A stretch of DNA of 64,000 bases from the NCBI GenBank assembly GCA_963727445.1, contig CAVSGI010000009.1, positions 480,001 through 544,000 on the forward strand, in the 5' to 3' direction. Of the stretch, positions 45,081-54,845 are shown one piece after another. The notes below the pieces were generated by a model that saw only the letters and a list, made by a program, of their open reading frames with translations, made no database searches and was not told where the DNA came from. A program made the translations under genes and the position numbers. Within the stretch, counting starts at the first letter, position 1. Each line of letters starts with the position of its first letter. This DNA is from an uncultured delta proteobacterium (GTDB lineage Bacteria; Myxococcota_A; Polyangia; Polyangiales; B10-G4).

Positions 45081-45753
45081 GTGCTGATCGGACATTTCGG
45101 TGCCGCGCTGGCTGGGAAAGCGGCCGCCCCCGAGCTCAGGGTCGGCACCTGCTTCCTCGCCTGCATGTGGGCGGACACGCTCTGGCCCCTGGGCCTCCTC
45201 GCCGGCGTGGAGCGCGCGCACATCGATCACCACGCGACCGTGGTCACGCCCCTCGCGCTCGATTACATGCCGTGGTCCCACAGCCTCTTGATGTCCGTCG
45301 TCTGGTCGCTCGCGTTCTTCGCCGGCGCGAAGGCGATGCGCCGAACGACGCGCGAGGCAGCGGTGCTCGGAGCGGTGGTGTTCAGCCATTTCGTGCTCGA
45401 CGTGATCACCCACCGCCCGGACATGCCCATCGCCTTCGGCGACTCCCCCCGTCTCGGCCTCGGTTTGTGGAACTCGTTGCCGGGCACCCTCGTCGTCGAG
45501 GTCGCCATCTTCGCGTTCGGCATCTTCGCGTACCTCCGCTCCACCAAGGCCCTCGATGCGCGGGGGCGCTTCGGGTTCTGGGCATTGGTCTTCCGTCTTT
45601 TCGCTCGTCTATCTCGGCAACGTCTTCGGCCCGAAGCCTCCCGAAGATCTCTCGCCGAACGTGCTGGCGCTCGGGACGCTGGGCCTGCTCGCCGTGGCCT
45701 ACGCTTGGGGCTTCTGGCTCGACCGGCATCGGGCGCCCGTCGCGCCTGCCTAG
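45081..45753 (+). CDS. Membrane metal-dependent hydrolase-like protein, frameshifted near 45594
   Basis: MLIGHF, PWSHSL, SHFVLDVITHRPD; C-terminal TMs are in the frame ending at 45753. Confidence 0.75.
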
Positions 45754-45776
45754 CCACGCGGCGGTATCATCGCGGC

Positions 45777-47810
45777 ATGTGTCTCGCGCTGATGCTGGCG
45801 GTGGTCGCGGGTTGCTCGGGGGAGCCCGGGCCCGGCGACGCCGGCGCAGACGCCGATGCATCGGAAGACGGGAGCACGCCCACTCCCCAACAACCGTCGC
45901 CGCCCACATTGCCGACGCTCTCTCCCTGTCCAACGGGATGGGCCGAGGTCACGGGCGACCTCACGACCTGCGAGCCGTGGCCCGCATCCGCGCCGCCCGC
46001 TTGCACCGGCGCCGAGGTTCGCTTCGCCAGCCGCCCATCTTGTGAGCGCCTCGGCACGGCGTGCCCTTCGGATGGTGTACCCGTGGATGCGCCGACCGAC
46101 GCGCTTCACGTTCGAAGCGACGCTCCACCTGGAGGGGACGGCTCAGGCGCGGCGCCATTTTCCTCGATCGGTGAGGCGCTGGCGCTCGCCGCTGCCGGCA
46201 CGACGATCGCGATCGCCGCGGGGGAGTACGTCGAATCGCTCGATGTTCCGGCGGGCGTCACCCTCCTCGGGGCCTGCGTCGAGGGCACGGTCCTTCACGC
46301 GGACGAAACCCGGCTCGGCCACGGCGTGATCACCGCGACGGGCGCGGACATCGCCGTACATAACCTGACCGTTGGCGCGAGCGAGGAGGGCGGCCTCTGG
46401 ATCGTTGGCGCGGATCGCTCGATGCAGGTGAGCGACGTCTTGATCGACGGCGTGCGCATCGTGGGCGTCGAGGTGGAGAGTGGTGGCCACGTCGATGCCG
46501 AGCGTCTCGTGATCCGCGGTGTCCGACCCACGGCTTCCGGCGTGTTCGGGCGCGGCATCGGAATCGAGAGTGGATCGACGGCGACTGTCCGCAACCTCTG
46601 GGTCGAAGGGTGCACCGAGTTCGGCGTGGTTGCGTTGGGGGCGGGCTCGACCCTCTCGTTCGAGGACGGCGCCATCATCGGCACGGAGGCGACGGCGGCG
46701 GGAATGTCCGGCGCTGGGCTCGTCGCTCTCGACGGCGGCGCGATCGATGCCTCCCGCGTCGTGCTCGAGCGGAACACGGACGTCGGGGTGGCCGTATCGT
46801 CGGGAAGCATCGTGCTCCGCGACGCGCTGGTCCGCACCACGCGCCCCCGCCCGATGGCGCTCGATGAGGGCCGTGGGCTGCAGACCTCCGAGGGCCTCCT
46901 CGACCTGGCGCGGGTGACGATCGAAGACGTCTCGGACATCGGCGTGGTGGCCGAAGGCGATGCCGGCGAGCTCCGGATGATGGATGTCGCCATTCGCCGC
47001 GTTCGCTCGCGACAGAGCGACGGGGGCTTCGGGCGCGCCGTGAGCGTGCAAGACGGCGCCTCGGCGGAGCTTCAGCGCCTGCACGTGGCCGACACCCGCG
47101 AAAACGCCTTCCTGCTGGGGGGCTTCAGCCCCGTCACCGCGATGCTCGCCGACATCACCATCGTGCGCACCCAGGTCGACGAGGGGGTGGGAAACATCGG
47201 GCGGGGTATCACGGTGCAGACCGGCTCGACGGCGACACTCTCCCGGCTCCACATCGACGACGCCTACGAGTCGGGCATCGTCGTCACGGACGAGGGCTCG
47301 CACGCGGACATCACGGACCTGATCATCGAGAACGTCGAGTCGGCCTCGCGAGGCATCTTTCCCTCGGGCCGAGGCCTTCTGACCCAGCTGGGTGCGACGA
47401 CGCGCATCGCGCGCGCCCGCATCGAAAACGTCCGTGATGTCGGGATTCAGGCGATCGAGTCGGGGGCGCAGGTGACCGCCACTGACATCGTGACGCGAGG
47501 CGTGGTCGCGGCGGAGTGCGGGCCGGGCTTCTGTGCTCCCGGCGGCCAAGCCCTCGGGGCCTATGGCGGGGCAGCCATCGACATCTCGGTCTTCGATGCG
47601 AGCGACGCGATGCTCTGCGGCGTTCACGTGGCCGACCGGGGTACGGCGCACCTGCAACGAGGCGTGATCCAGCGGGCGGCGATCGGCGCGTGCGTCCAGT
47701 CGGACGCCCAGGACATCGGTGCGCTGATGGAGGACGTCCGCTATGTGGACAACGGAGTGAACCTTCAGGCCACCACCCTTCCGGTGCCGGAGCCCGCCGA
47801 CCCGCTTTGA
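45777..47810 (+). CDS. Beta-helix repeat lipoprotein, paralog of 2174-4747
   Basis: Lipobox VAGC; shares the CxPWP, CERLGxACP, GGDG..AAP and GVTL.GACV motifs and the DVRxVDN C-terminus. Confidence 0.78.
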   Translation: MCLALMLAVVAGCSGEPGPGDAGADADASEDGSTPTPQQPSPPTLPTLSPCPTGWAEVTGDLTTCEPWPASAPPACTGAEVRFASRPSCERLGTACPSDGVPVDAPTDALHVRSDAPPGGDGSGAAPFSSIGEALALAAAGTTIAIAAGEYVESLDVPAGVTLLGACVEGTVLHADETRLGHGVITATGADIAVHNLTVGASEEGGLWIVGADRSMQVSDVLIDGVRIVGVEVESGGHVDAERLVIRGVRPTASGVFGRGIGIESGSTATVRNLWVEGCTEFGVVALGAGSTLSFEDGAIIGTEATAAGMSGAGLVALDGGAIDASRVVLERNTDVGVAVSSGSIVLRDALVRTTRPRPMALDEGRGLQTSEGLLDLARVTIEDVSDIGVVAEGDAGELRMMDVAIRRVRSRQSDGGFGRAVSVQDGASAELQRLHVADTRENAFLLGGFSPVTAMLADITIVRTQVDEGVGNIGRGITVQTGSTATLSRLHIDDAYESGIVVTDEGSHADITDLIIENVESASRGIFPSGRGLLTQLGATTRIARARIENVRDVGIQAIESGAQVTATDIVTRGVVAAECGPGFCAPGGQALGAYGGAAIDISVFDASDAMLCGVHVADRGTAHLQRGVIQRAAIGACVQSDAQDIGALMEDVRYVDNGVNLQATTLPVPEPADPL

Positions 47811-47865
47811 TTCAGCGGTCCCGCGGGGCTTGACGCTCGCCGTCGACGGGCCAAAAAACGGGGCC

Positions 47866-48348
47866 ATGACGATTTCCGTGGGTGACGAGCTTCCGGAGGG
47901 GACCTTCAAGGTCGTCGCCGAGGACGGGGTGAAGGACCTGACGACGGCCGAGGTCTTCGGCGGCAAGAAGGTGGTGCTCTTCGGTCTGCCGGGGGCGTTC
48001 ACCGGGACGTGCAGCAAGGTCCACCTCCCGGGATACGTGGAGAAGGCGGACGAGATCCGAGCCAAAGGCGTCGACGAGATCGTCTGCCTCGCGGTCAACG
48101 ACCCCTTCGTCATGCACGCCTGGGCGGAGGCGCAGGGGGCGACCGGCAAGATCACGATGCTCTCCGACTGGGACGCGCGCTTCACGCGGGCCCTCGGTCT
48201 CGACGTGGACATCGACGTCATCGGTCTGGGCAAGCGAACGAAGCGCTTCTCGGCCATCGTCGACGATGGGGTGGTGAGCAAGCTGGACGTCGAGCCGGGC
48301 CGCGGCGTCGTCGTGAGCGGCGCGGACGTCTGCATCAAGGCCCTCTGA
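47866..48348 (+). CDS. Peroxiredoxin (Prx5 type)
   Basis: LFGLPGAFTGTCS..HLPGY and VNDPFVM.AW. Confidence 0.92.
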   Translation: MTISVGDELPEGTFKVVAEDGVKDLTTAEVFGGKKVVLFGLPGAFTGTCSKVHLPGYVEKADEIRAKGVDEIVCLAVNDPFVMHAWAEAQGATGKITMLSDWDARFTRALGLDVDIDVIGLGKRTKRFSAIVDDGVVSKLDVEPGRGVVVSGADVCIKAL

Positions 48349-48542
48349 GCCTCTGGGGAGGGGCCGCCCCCATCTCTGTCGAGATCCGGGCGATGTCACC
48401 CCTCAGGGGGGACGGCGAGGAGCGCGTACAAGCCGGGTTGATGGCGATGTCCCGGCGATCTCCACACAAAGCAACGCCGATCGCAGGTCCAGGCGCGATC
48501 GCGTAGCGTTCTTGCGTATCATCCTCCAGGTCGAAGGGGAGG

Positions 48543-51500
48543 GTGATGGCGAGTCGATGCACGAACTGGGCTGGCGTGGTCGCGACCATGCTGTGTCTCA
48601 CGGCGGGCAACCGCGCCGAGGCGCAGATCACCGACACGACCGATGACTCGGCCTCCGCGGGTGTGGTCTCGGCGCCAACGCCGTTGAGCACCGGGGTCAA
48701 CAGCGGGTTCCTCGGGATGATCGGCTCCGGTGTGTCCTTCGCATGGGATACCGACGTGAACGGAGCAACGATCCTCGACGTCACCGGCGGGGTCTGCACC
48801 GGGACCACCGACGCGGTGGTGATCTACGTCGACTCGGTTTCGGGCGGCTTCCCGGATACCTCCTCCTTCACCGACGACTCCGATCAGCTCCGCGCCGCGA
48901 TCTCGGCGGGTGGGACCACCGCCGGCGCCAACGCCTCGCCCCTCACCTTCGCCTCGGGCTTCGAGGCGGACTACGCCATCGCCTTCACCAATCCCTCGAC
49001 CGGTGGCGCGATGGCGCATTTCTACCAACTCGTCGGCGGCGGCGCGCACACGCACCTCCTGACGCTCACGGCCACCCAGGTCGGCGGCTCGGGGGTTTGC
49101 GGCGCGCTGCGGATCAGCGGCCTGACGCTGGTGCCCGGCCAGAGCTTCGACTGGTTCGCGACGCTGCTCAACGCAGACGACGCCTTTCGTTCGGACGAGT
49201 TCCAGGGCGCCTCGGTGCCCTCCGGGAACATCGGCGTCAACTCCTACGTGATGTCGAGCGGCGACTTCAACCGCTTCACCTCCATCGCGCCCGTCCTGAT
49301 CAACGAGGTCGACGCGGATCAGACCAGCATGGATACCATGGAGTTCATCGAGCTCCTGGGCCCGGCGAACACCCGGATGGATGGCCTGGTGGTCGTCGCC
49401 TACAACGGCAGCGGTGACGTCACCTACAACCTGACGCCGGCCAGCAGCGGCGTGGACCTCGACGGCGTGACCCTCGACGGCTCCGGCTACCTGGTGCTCG
49501 GCAACTCGGCCGTCAGCGGCGTCGACATCGTCTTCAACAACAACACGCTCCAGAACGGCGCGGACGCCGTGGCCCTCTATCTCGGCGACGGCAGCGACTT
49601 CCCTTCGGGCACCGCCGTCACCGCGACGAACCTGGTGGACGCCCTCGTCTACGACACGAGCGAGGCCGACGACTCGGGCCTGCTCTCGGTGTTGACGCCC
49701 TCCGGGCCTCAGGTGAACGAAGACGGGAGCCTCGGGAGCGAGACCCAGTCGAACCAGCGGTGCCCGAACGGGAGCGGCGACCCGCTCGACACCTCGGTCT
49801 TCGCGCAGAGCGATCCCAGCCCCGGCGCGGCGAACGTCTGCATCGTCTGCGGCGACGGGACCGCGGAGGGCAGCGAGGAGTGCGACGACGGCGCGGCCAA
49901 CGGGACCGCGACCTCGTGCTGCACCAGCACCTGCACCTACCGCGCGATGGGCAGCGTCTGCGGCGCGGCGGGGAGCGGCGGGTGCGATCTGGACGACACC
50001 TGCAACGCCACCGGCCTCTGCGTCTCGAACGTGGCGGCGTCAGGGACCATCTGTCGCCCGGCGGCCACCGCCTGTGACGTCGCGGAGACCTGCGACGGCG
50101 CCTCCGACGCCTGTCCGGTCAACGGGTTCGCGGCTTCCGGGACGGTTTGTCGTGTGTCCGGCGGGCTCTGCGACCCCGAGGAGACGTGCACCGGCAGCAG
50201 CGGGACGTGTCCGGGGGACACGCTTCTGGCCGCCGGGACGGTCTGTCGTCCGGCGGCGGACGTCTGCGATGCGGAGGAGACATGCTCCGGAAGCGACGCG
50301 ACCTGTCCGGCCGACAGCCTCGCGGCCTCCGGGACGGTCTGTCGCGCGGCGGCAGGGCTCTGCGACGCGGTCGAGACCTGCACCGGCGCGAGCGTCAGCT
50401 GTCCCGCCGACCTCCTCGTCCCGTCGGGCACCGAGTGCCGCGGGGCGGCCACGGTCTGCGACGTCGCCGAGGTGTGCACCGGCGGCAGTCCCTTCTGCCC
50501 TTCGGATGGCTTCGCGTCGTCGTCGACGGTGTGCCGTGCGTCGGCAGGGATGTGCGACGTGGCGGAGACGTGCACGGGCTCGAGCGCGGCGTGTCCTTCG
50601 GACGGCTTCGCGTCGTCGTCGATGGTGTGCCGTGCGTCGACGGGGATGTGCGACGTGGCGGAGACGTGCACGGGCTCGAGCGCGGCGTGTCCTTCGGACG
50701 GCTTCGCGTCGTCGTCGACGGTGTGCCGTGCGTCGGCGGGGATGTGCGACGCGGAAGAGACGTGCACGGGTTCGAGCGCGTCGTGTCCTTCGGACAGCTT
50801 CGCGTCGTCGTCGACGGTGTGCCGTGCGGCGGCAGGGATGTGCGACGTAGAGGAGACGTGTACGGGCTCGAGCGCGGCCTGTCCTTCGGACGGCTTCGCG
50901 TCGTCGTCGACGGTGTGTCGTGCCTCGGCGGGGATGTGCGACTTGGAAGAGACGTGCACGGGGTCGAGCGCGGCGTGCCCCTCCGACGGCTTTGCGTCGT
51001 CGTCGACGGTGTGCCGTGCGTCGGCGGGGATGTGCGACCTGGTGGAGACGTGCACGGGCTCGAGCGCGGCGTGCCCCTCCGACGCGGTCGCCACGTCGGG
51101 AACGGCTTGTCGGGCATCGGCCGGCGTCTGCGACATCGCAGAGACGTGCGACGGGTCGTCGGTGAGCTGCCCGTCGGATGGCTTCGTCGCCACGGGCACC
51201 GCGTGCCGCGCGTCGGCTGGTCCCTGCGACGTCGCCGAGGCGTGCACGGGTTCGAGCGCGGCCTGCCCCGCGGACGGCTTCGTCGCGGCGGGCATGACGT
51301 GTCGCGCCGCGACCGGGACGTGCGACGTCGCCGAGGCGTGCACGGGCGGGGGCGCGGCCTGTCCGGCGGATGCGCTGATGCCGGATGGCACCTCCTGCGC
51401 GGATTCGAGCTTCTGCAACGGCGCCGAGATGTGCTCCGGCGGGTCTTGCGCCGCGGGCACGCCCCCGAGTTGCGACGACTCGAACCTCTGCACGACGGAT

Positions 51501-52310
51501 ATGTGCGCCGATCCCGGTGGCTGCTCGAGCGTGGCGGTCGCCGGCTGCTGCAACGTGGACGACGACTGCGACGACTCGGACATCTGCACCACCGACGTCT
51601 GCAGCGGCCCGGGCGGTACCTGCAGCGCGAACCCGATCACCAACTGCTGCGTCGACGACGCGGACTGTGACGACGGAAACCTCTGCACCACCGACGCCTG
51701 CGATCTCACCACCAACCGCTGCATGCGGATGCCGGTGGCCGGCTGCTGCATGGCGGACGCCGACTGCGACGACACGAACCCGTGCACCGCCGACACCTGT
51801 GATGTCACCACCGGCTCCTGCACCAACGCCGACATCATGGGCTGCTGCGTCGCCGACGGCGATTGCGGCGACGGCAACACCTGCACCCTCGACACCTGCA
51901 GCATGGACATGACCTGCGCCAACGACGCCATCGCCGGCTGCTGCACGACCGACGCCGACTGTGACGACGGCGACGAGTGCACACTCGACAGCTGCGACAC
52001 CGCCACCGCGGGCTGCACGAACGACGCCATCATCGGCTGCGCGCGTGACGGTGGGGTGGCCGACGCGGGCGCAGACGCCGGGGACGCGGGCGACGCCGGC
52101 AGCGATGCAGGCGCCGATGCCGACGCTGGCAGTGATGCAGGCGGGGACGGCGCGATGGCCGACGCCGGTTTCGATGGCGGCGACGCGGGCACCATGCCCG
52201 AGGACGGGGGCTGCGGTTGCACCACGCCGGGCGGCTCGAGCGCGCCCTCCTGGTGGCTGTGTCTGCTCCTCGGTTGGGCCTTCTGGGGTCGCCGCCGTCG
52301 TCGTCGATGA
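48543..52310 (+). CDS. Large Cys-rich surface protein: lamin-tail-like domain, disintegrin-like repeats, Dictyostelium-type repeats, MYXO-CTERM
   Basis: Signal peptide; LINEVDAD...EFIEL; CGDG...EECDDG; 14 x 32-aa repeats; 6 x CDDxNxCTxDxC; GGCGC...RRRRRR tail. Confidence 0.85.
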   Translation: MMASRCTNWAGVVATMLCLTAGNRAEAQITDTTDDSASAGVVSAPTPLSTGVNSGFLGMIGSGVSFAWDTDVNGATILDVTGGVCTGTTDAVVIYVDSVSGGFPDTSSFTDDSDQLRAAISAGGTTAGANASPLTFASGFEADYAIAFTNPSTGGAMAHFYQLVGGGAHTHLLTLTATQVGGSGVCGALRISGLTLVPGQSFDWFATLLNADDAFRSDEFQGASVPSGNIGVNSYVMSSGDFNRFTSIAPVLINEVDADQTSMDTMEFIELLGPANTRMDGLVVVAYNGSGDVTYNLTPASSGVDLDGVTLDGSGYLVLGNSAVSGVDIVFNNNTLQNGADAVALYLGDGSDFPSGTAVTATNLVDALVYDTSEADDSGLLSVLTPSGPQVNEDGSLGSETQSNQRCPNGSGDPLDTSVFAQSDPSPGAANVCIVCGDGTAEGSEECDDGAANGTATSCCTSTCTYRAMGSVCGAAGSGGCDLDDTCNATGLCVSNVAASGTICRPAATACDVAETCDGASDACPVNGFAASGTVCRVSGGLCDPEETCTGSSGTCPGDTLLAAGTVCRPAADVCDAEETCSGSDATCPADSLAASGTVCRAAAGLCDAVETCTGASVSCPADLLVPSGTECRGAATVCDVAEVCTGGSPFCPSDGFASSSTVCRASAGMCDVAETCTGSSAACPSDGFASSSMVCRASTGMCDVAETCTGSSAACPSDGFASSSTVCRASAGMCDAEETCTGSSASCPSDSFASSSTVCRAAAGMCDVEETCTGSSAACPSDGFASSSTVCRASAGMCDLEETCTGSSAACPSDGFASSSTVCRASAGMCDLVETCTGSSAACPSDAVATSGTACRASAGVCDIAETCDGSSVSCPSDGFVATGTACRASAGPCDVAEACTGSSAACPADGFVAAGMTCRAATGTCDVAEACTGGGAACPADALMPDGTSCADSSFCNGAEMCSGGSCAAGTPPSCDDSNLCTTDMCADPGGCSSVAVAGCCNVDDDCDDSDICTTDVCSGPGGTCSANPITNCCVDDADCDDGNLCTTDACDLTTNRCMRMPVAGCCMADADCDDTNPCTADTCDVTTGSCTNADIMGCCVADGDCGDGNTCTLDTCSMDMTCANDAIAGCCTTDADCDDGDECTLDSCDTATAGCTNDAIIGCARDGGVADAGADAGDAGDAGSDAGADADAGSDAGGDGAMADAGFDGGDAGTMPEDGGCGCTTPGGSSAPSWWLCLLLGWAFWGRRRRRR
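50052..51395 (+). repeat. 14 x 96-bp coding tandem repeat
   Basis: Unit CRASAGMCDVAETCTGSSAACPSDGFASSSTV; copies 6-11 are nearly identical in DNA. Confidence 0.9.
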
Positions 52311-52482
52311 TCCAGCGCTGGCGGGGCCGGCTCATTCCTCCGAGACGGATCCCTCGCGCTGTCTCCGAAAGAAGCGGAGCACTGCGATCTCGGCGTAGAC
52401 CGCCGTCTGTCCGGTGAGCGTATCCACGGGTTCGTCGAGCGCTTCGACGACTCCGGCGCTAGCGCGTCGGGGCCCAAACGCG

Positions 52483-52514
52483 AAAACGCCGCCAGCGAAA
52501 GCCGGCGGCGTCTT
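52483..52514 (-). terminator. Intrinsic terminator hairpin, possibly bidirectional
   Basis: AAAACGCCGCCAGC-GAAA-GCCGGCGGCGTCTT between convergent genes; U4 tail on the minus strand. Confidence 0.7.
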
Positions 52515-52537
52515 GCGCGCGTCGAGTCCGACTCAGC

Positions 52538-53059
52538 TCAAGGTGTGCAAGCCGTCTCGCAGTCGCCCCGACCCGTGGCGTTGGGGCACTCGGCGGCGGC
52601 ATCGGTCGCCGCTGCGGTGAGGTGCGTGGAGAGGCACGTCGTGCAGTCCATGCTGCCCATGTCGTAGAAGCTGAGGCAGGCCGCCTCGTCGTTGAAACGA
52701 GTCGGCATCATCGCGTAGCCGCAGGCGGCCTCGTAACCAGTGCAGAACGCCATGGCCGCTGCCGAGGCGCTGCCGCCGTCACCGCCGCCGCCGTCACCGC
52801 CGCCGCCGTCACCGCCGCCGCCGTCACCGCCGCCGCCGTCACCGCCGCCGCCGTCACCGCCGCCGTCACCCATCGTGCCGGTGTCACCGCCCGTACCGGT
52901 GTCCATGGTGCCGGTGTCGCCGGTGCCGGTGTCGCCGCCACCGCCGGTGTCGGCCGTGCCGGTATCACCCGTGCTGGTGTCGCCGCCGCCGCCATCGTCA
53001 CCGCAGCCCGTGCCCATGACGAGGGCCGCTGAGAGGAAGAGGAAAGAAAGTGCTCGCAT
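52538..53059 (-). CDS. Small lipoprotein with GDTG/GDGGG repeats and a Cys-rich C-terminal domain
   Basis: GGAGG RBS; lipobox GTGC; 15-bp repeats at about 52772-52870. Confidence 0.78.
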   Translation of the reverse strand: MRALSFLFLSAALVMGTGCGDDGGGGDTSTGDTGTADTGGGGDTGTGDTGTMDTGTGGDTGTMGDGGGDGGGGDGGGGDGGGGDGGGGDGGGGDGGSASAAAMAFCTGYEAACGYAMMPTRFNDEAACLSFYDMGSMDCTTCLSTHLTAAATDAAAECPNATGRGDCETACTP

Positions 53060-53144
53060 GTCTGGTGTCCTCCGTAGGTGACGCACCGTAACAATCAAGT
53101 CGCCGAGCGCTCAAGTATCGAACAATCTCGCGAGCCTGGCGATG

Positions 53145-54521
53145 TCACCGACTGCGGTCACGACCCAGAAGCGACGGTGCGGCCTCCACGTCGGCGAGGC
53201 CGAGGATGGTGCGGGCCACGTCGTAGATGGCGAGCCCGGCGACCTCGCCACGCGCCGGCGCGTCAGCCCCCGAAAGCACAAAGATTCCGTCCCAGTCGTG
53301 GTTGCATCCGTCGGGGCCCAGGTCCTCGCCTTGGGTGTGGATCCCGCCGAGCCCCACCCGGCCGCTGGACCGATAGGCGAGGTCACCAAAAAAGACCATG
53401 AGGTCCGGCGGCGTCCCGCGCGCCTGTCGAAACGATCGCTCCGGGCGATGCACCACCGCCCCGAGAGGCGATCCGTCGGGCCGCTCGAGCCCCGAGACGA
53501 GCTGGGTCAGCGCGCCTTTGGCGGCGTCCATCTCCTGTGGCGGAAGCACGCCTTTCGCCTCGCGCCCCGCCACGTTCAGGAAGATCCGCGCGTAGTAGCC
53601 CCCTTCGCCCCAGGCGCGCGTGCGGGACCAATCGACGAGCTCCGGCGTCAGCGCCACCGGCTCCGAAGGCGCCGACTTCAGGGTGAGCCACCCCTCGCGC
53701 CGAAGCACCTCGTTGATGGCGATGCCGCCCTCGAGGGGACGGGCGCCGTGATCGCTCACCACCATCACCGCGGTGTCGTCGCCCACGACCTCGAGGAGCT
53801 CACCCAGCTTCGCGTCCAAGAAGGCGTAGTAGCGGCGGCCCGCGCCGACCATCGGATGATCGGGATCGTGCCGCGGATGCGCCGGGTCGAGGTGCGGGTA
53901 GAACGCGTGATGGAAGCGGTCGGGCCCCATCTCGACCATCATCATGAAGTCGGGGGCGCGCGTCTCCCAGACGTGGCGCGCGATGGCGAAGTGCTGCTCG
54001 CCCATGGCGTACAGCTCTTCGACAATCCGCTCCGCCTCGTCGCTCCGGTAGTCGGCGACGTCCATCCGATAGGCACCGAAGCGCTCCTCGAGCTCGGCGG
54101 CCAGTGCCTTCGGGAACGTCCAATCGTCCTCGGCGCTCGGCGTCAGGAAGCACGACGCCATCACACCGCGCACGGGCGTCGGCGGGTAGGTGAGGGGAAC
54201 GAAGAGCGCGGCGACCTTCTTGCCCGCCTCCCCGAGGAGATCCCACACGCGCTTGACGCGGACGTCGGCCGAGGTCGGCAGCGCGAGCGCGTAGCTGCGC
54301 GGCCGCCGGTTGCGAAACCCGTAGAGCCCGAGCTCGCCGGGATCGCGCCCGCTCACCATGCAGGTCCACGCTGGCACGGTGATCGGTGGCACGCTGGAGC
54401 GGAGCGGCCCCCAGGTGCCGCGCGCGCGCAGCGCGCTCAGGTTCGGCATCGCGTCGGCGAAGCAATCGAAGGCGAGCGCGGGCGGAACGCAGTCGAGGCC
54501 GACCACCAGGACGCGCGTCAT
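53145..54521 (-). CDS. Alkaline phosphatase superfamily / type I phosphodiesterase-NPP protein
   Basis: LVVGLDC, PPITVPAW, DRFHH, VSDHG, CNHDWDG. Confidence 0.85.
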   Translation of the reverse strand: MTRVLVVGLDCVPPALAFDCFADAMPNLSALRARGTWGPLRSSVPPITVPAWTCMVSGRDPGELGLYGFRNRRPRSYALALPTSADVRVKRVWDLLGEAGKKVAALFVPLTYPPTPVRGVMASCFLTPSAEDDWTFPKALAAELEERFGAYRMDVADYRSDEAERIVEELYAMGEQHFAIARHVWETRAPDFMMMVEMGPDRFHHAFYPHLDPAHPRHDPDHPMVGAGRRYYAFLDAKLGELLEVVGDDTAVMVVSDHGARPLEGGIAINEVLRREGWLTLKSAPSEPVALTPELVDWSRTRAWGEGGYYARIFLNVAGREAKGVLPPQEMDAAKGALTQLVSGLERPDGSPLGAVVHRPERSFRQARGTPPDLMVFFGDLAYRSSGRVGLGGIHTQGEDLGPDGCNHDWDGIFVLSGADAPARGEVAGLAIYDVARTILGLADVEAAPSLLGRDRSR

Positions 54522-54561
54522 CGGCCTCGATGGAACACGGGCGTGGGCACGGCGGGGCGGA

Positions 54562-54834
54562 TCAGGCGCCCAGGTCTTCCTTGAGCTTCTTGAAGCGGGC
54601 CTTCAAATCCTGGCCCAGGTCCTTCAGCTCCTCGGTGGTGCGGCCGACGACGCGATCCGCTTCTTTTTGGAGGTCGTGGAGCTTCGGCTCGACCTCCTTC
54701 CACTCGTCCTTGGCGTCCATCGAGCCGAGGTGGACCTTCAACCGGATCTCGTCCGCCATCCGGTGGAGCTCGTCCAGCACGTCGTCCACCTGGGCCCGGA
54801 CCTTGTCGCCGCTCTTCTTGTCGTCTTCGCTCAT
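54562..54834 (-). CDS. Small coiled-coil hypothetical protein
   Basis: Charged helical 90-aa ORF with a GGAG RBS, directly downstream of the dehydrogenase. Confidence 0.75.
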   Translation of the reverse strand: MSEDDKKSGDKVRAQVDDVLDELHRMADEIRLKVHLGSMDAKDEWKEVEPKLHDLQKEADRVVGRTTEELKDLGQDLKARFKKLKEDLGA

Positions 54835-54845
54835 CTCGTCTCCCC

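Noticed and set aside
45081..47810. 909-aa fusion of a membrane hydrolase and a beta-helix protein
   Set aside because: The apparent fusion results from a frameshift near 45594; the hydrolase ends at 45753 and the second gene has its own -10-like site and lipobox.
50052..51395. CRISPR or non-coding repeat array
   Set aside because: It is an in-frame 96-bp coding repeat with synonymous variation.
49937..52477. 846-aa antisense ORF, and similar long antisense ORFs such as 23560-26097, 46143-48338 and 54951-56993
   Set aside because: These are expected in high-GC DNA opposite real genes and carry no recognisable motifs.
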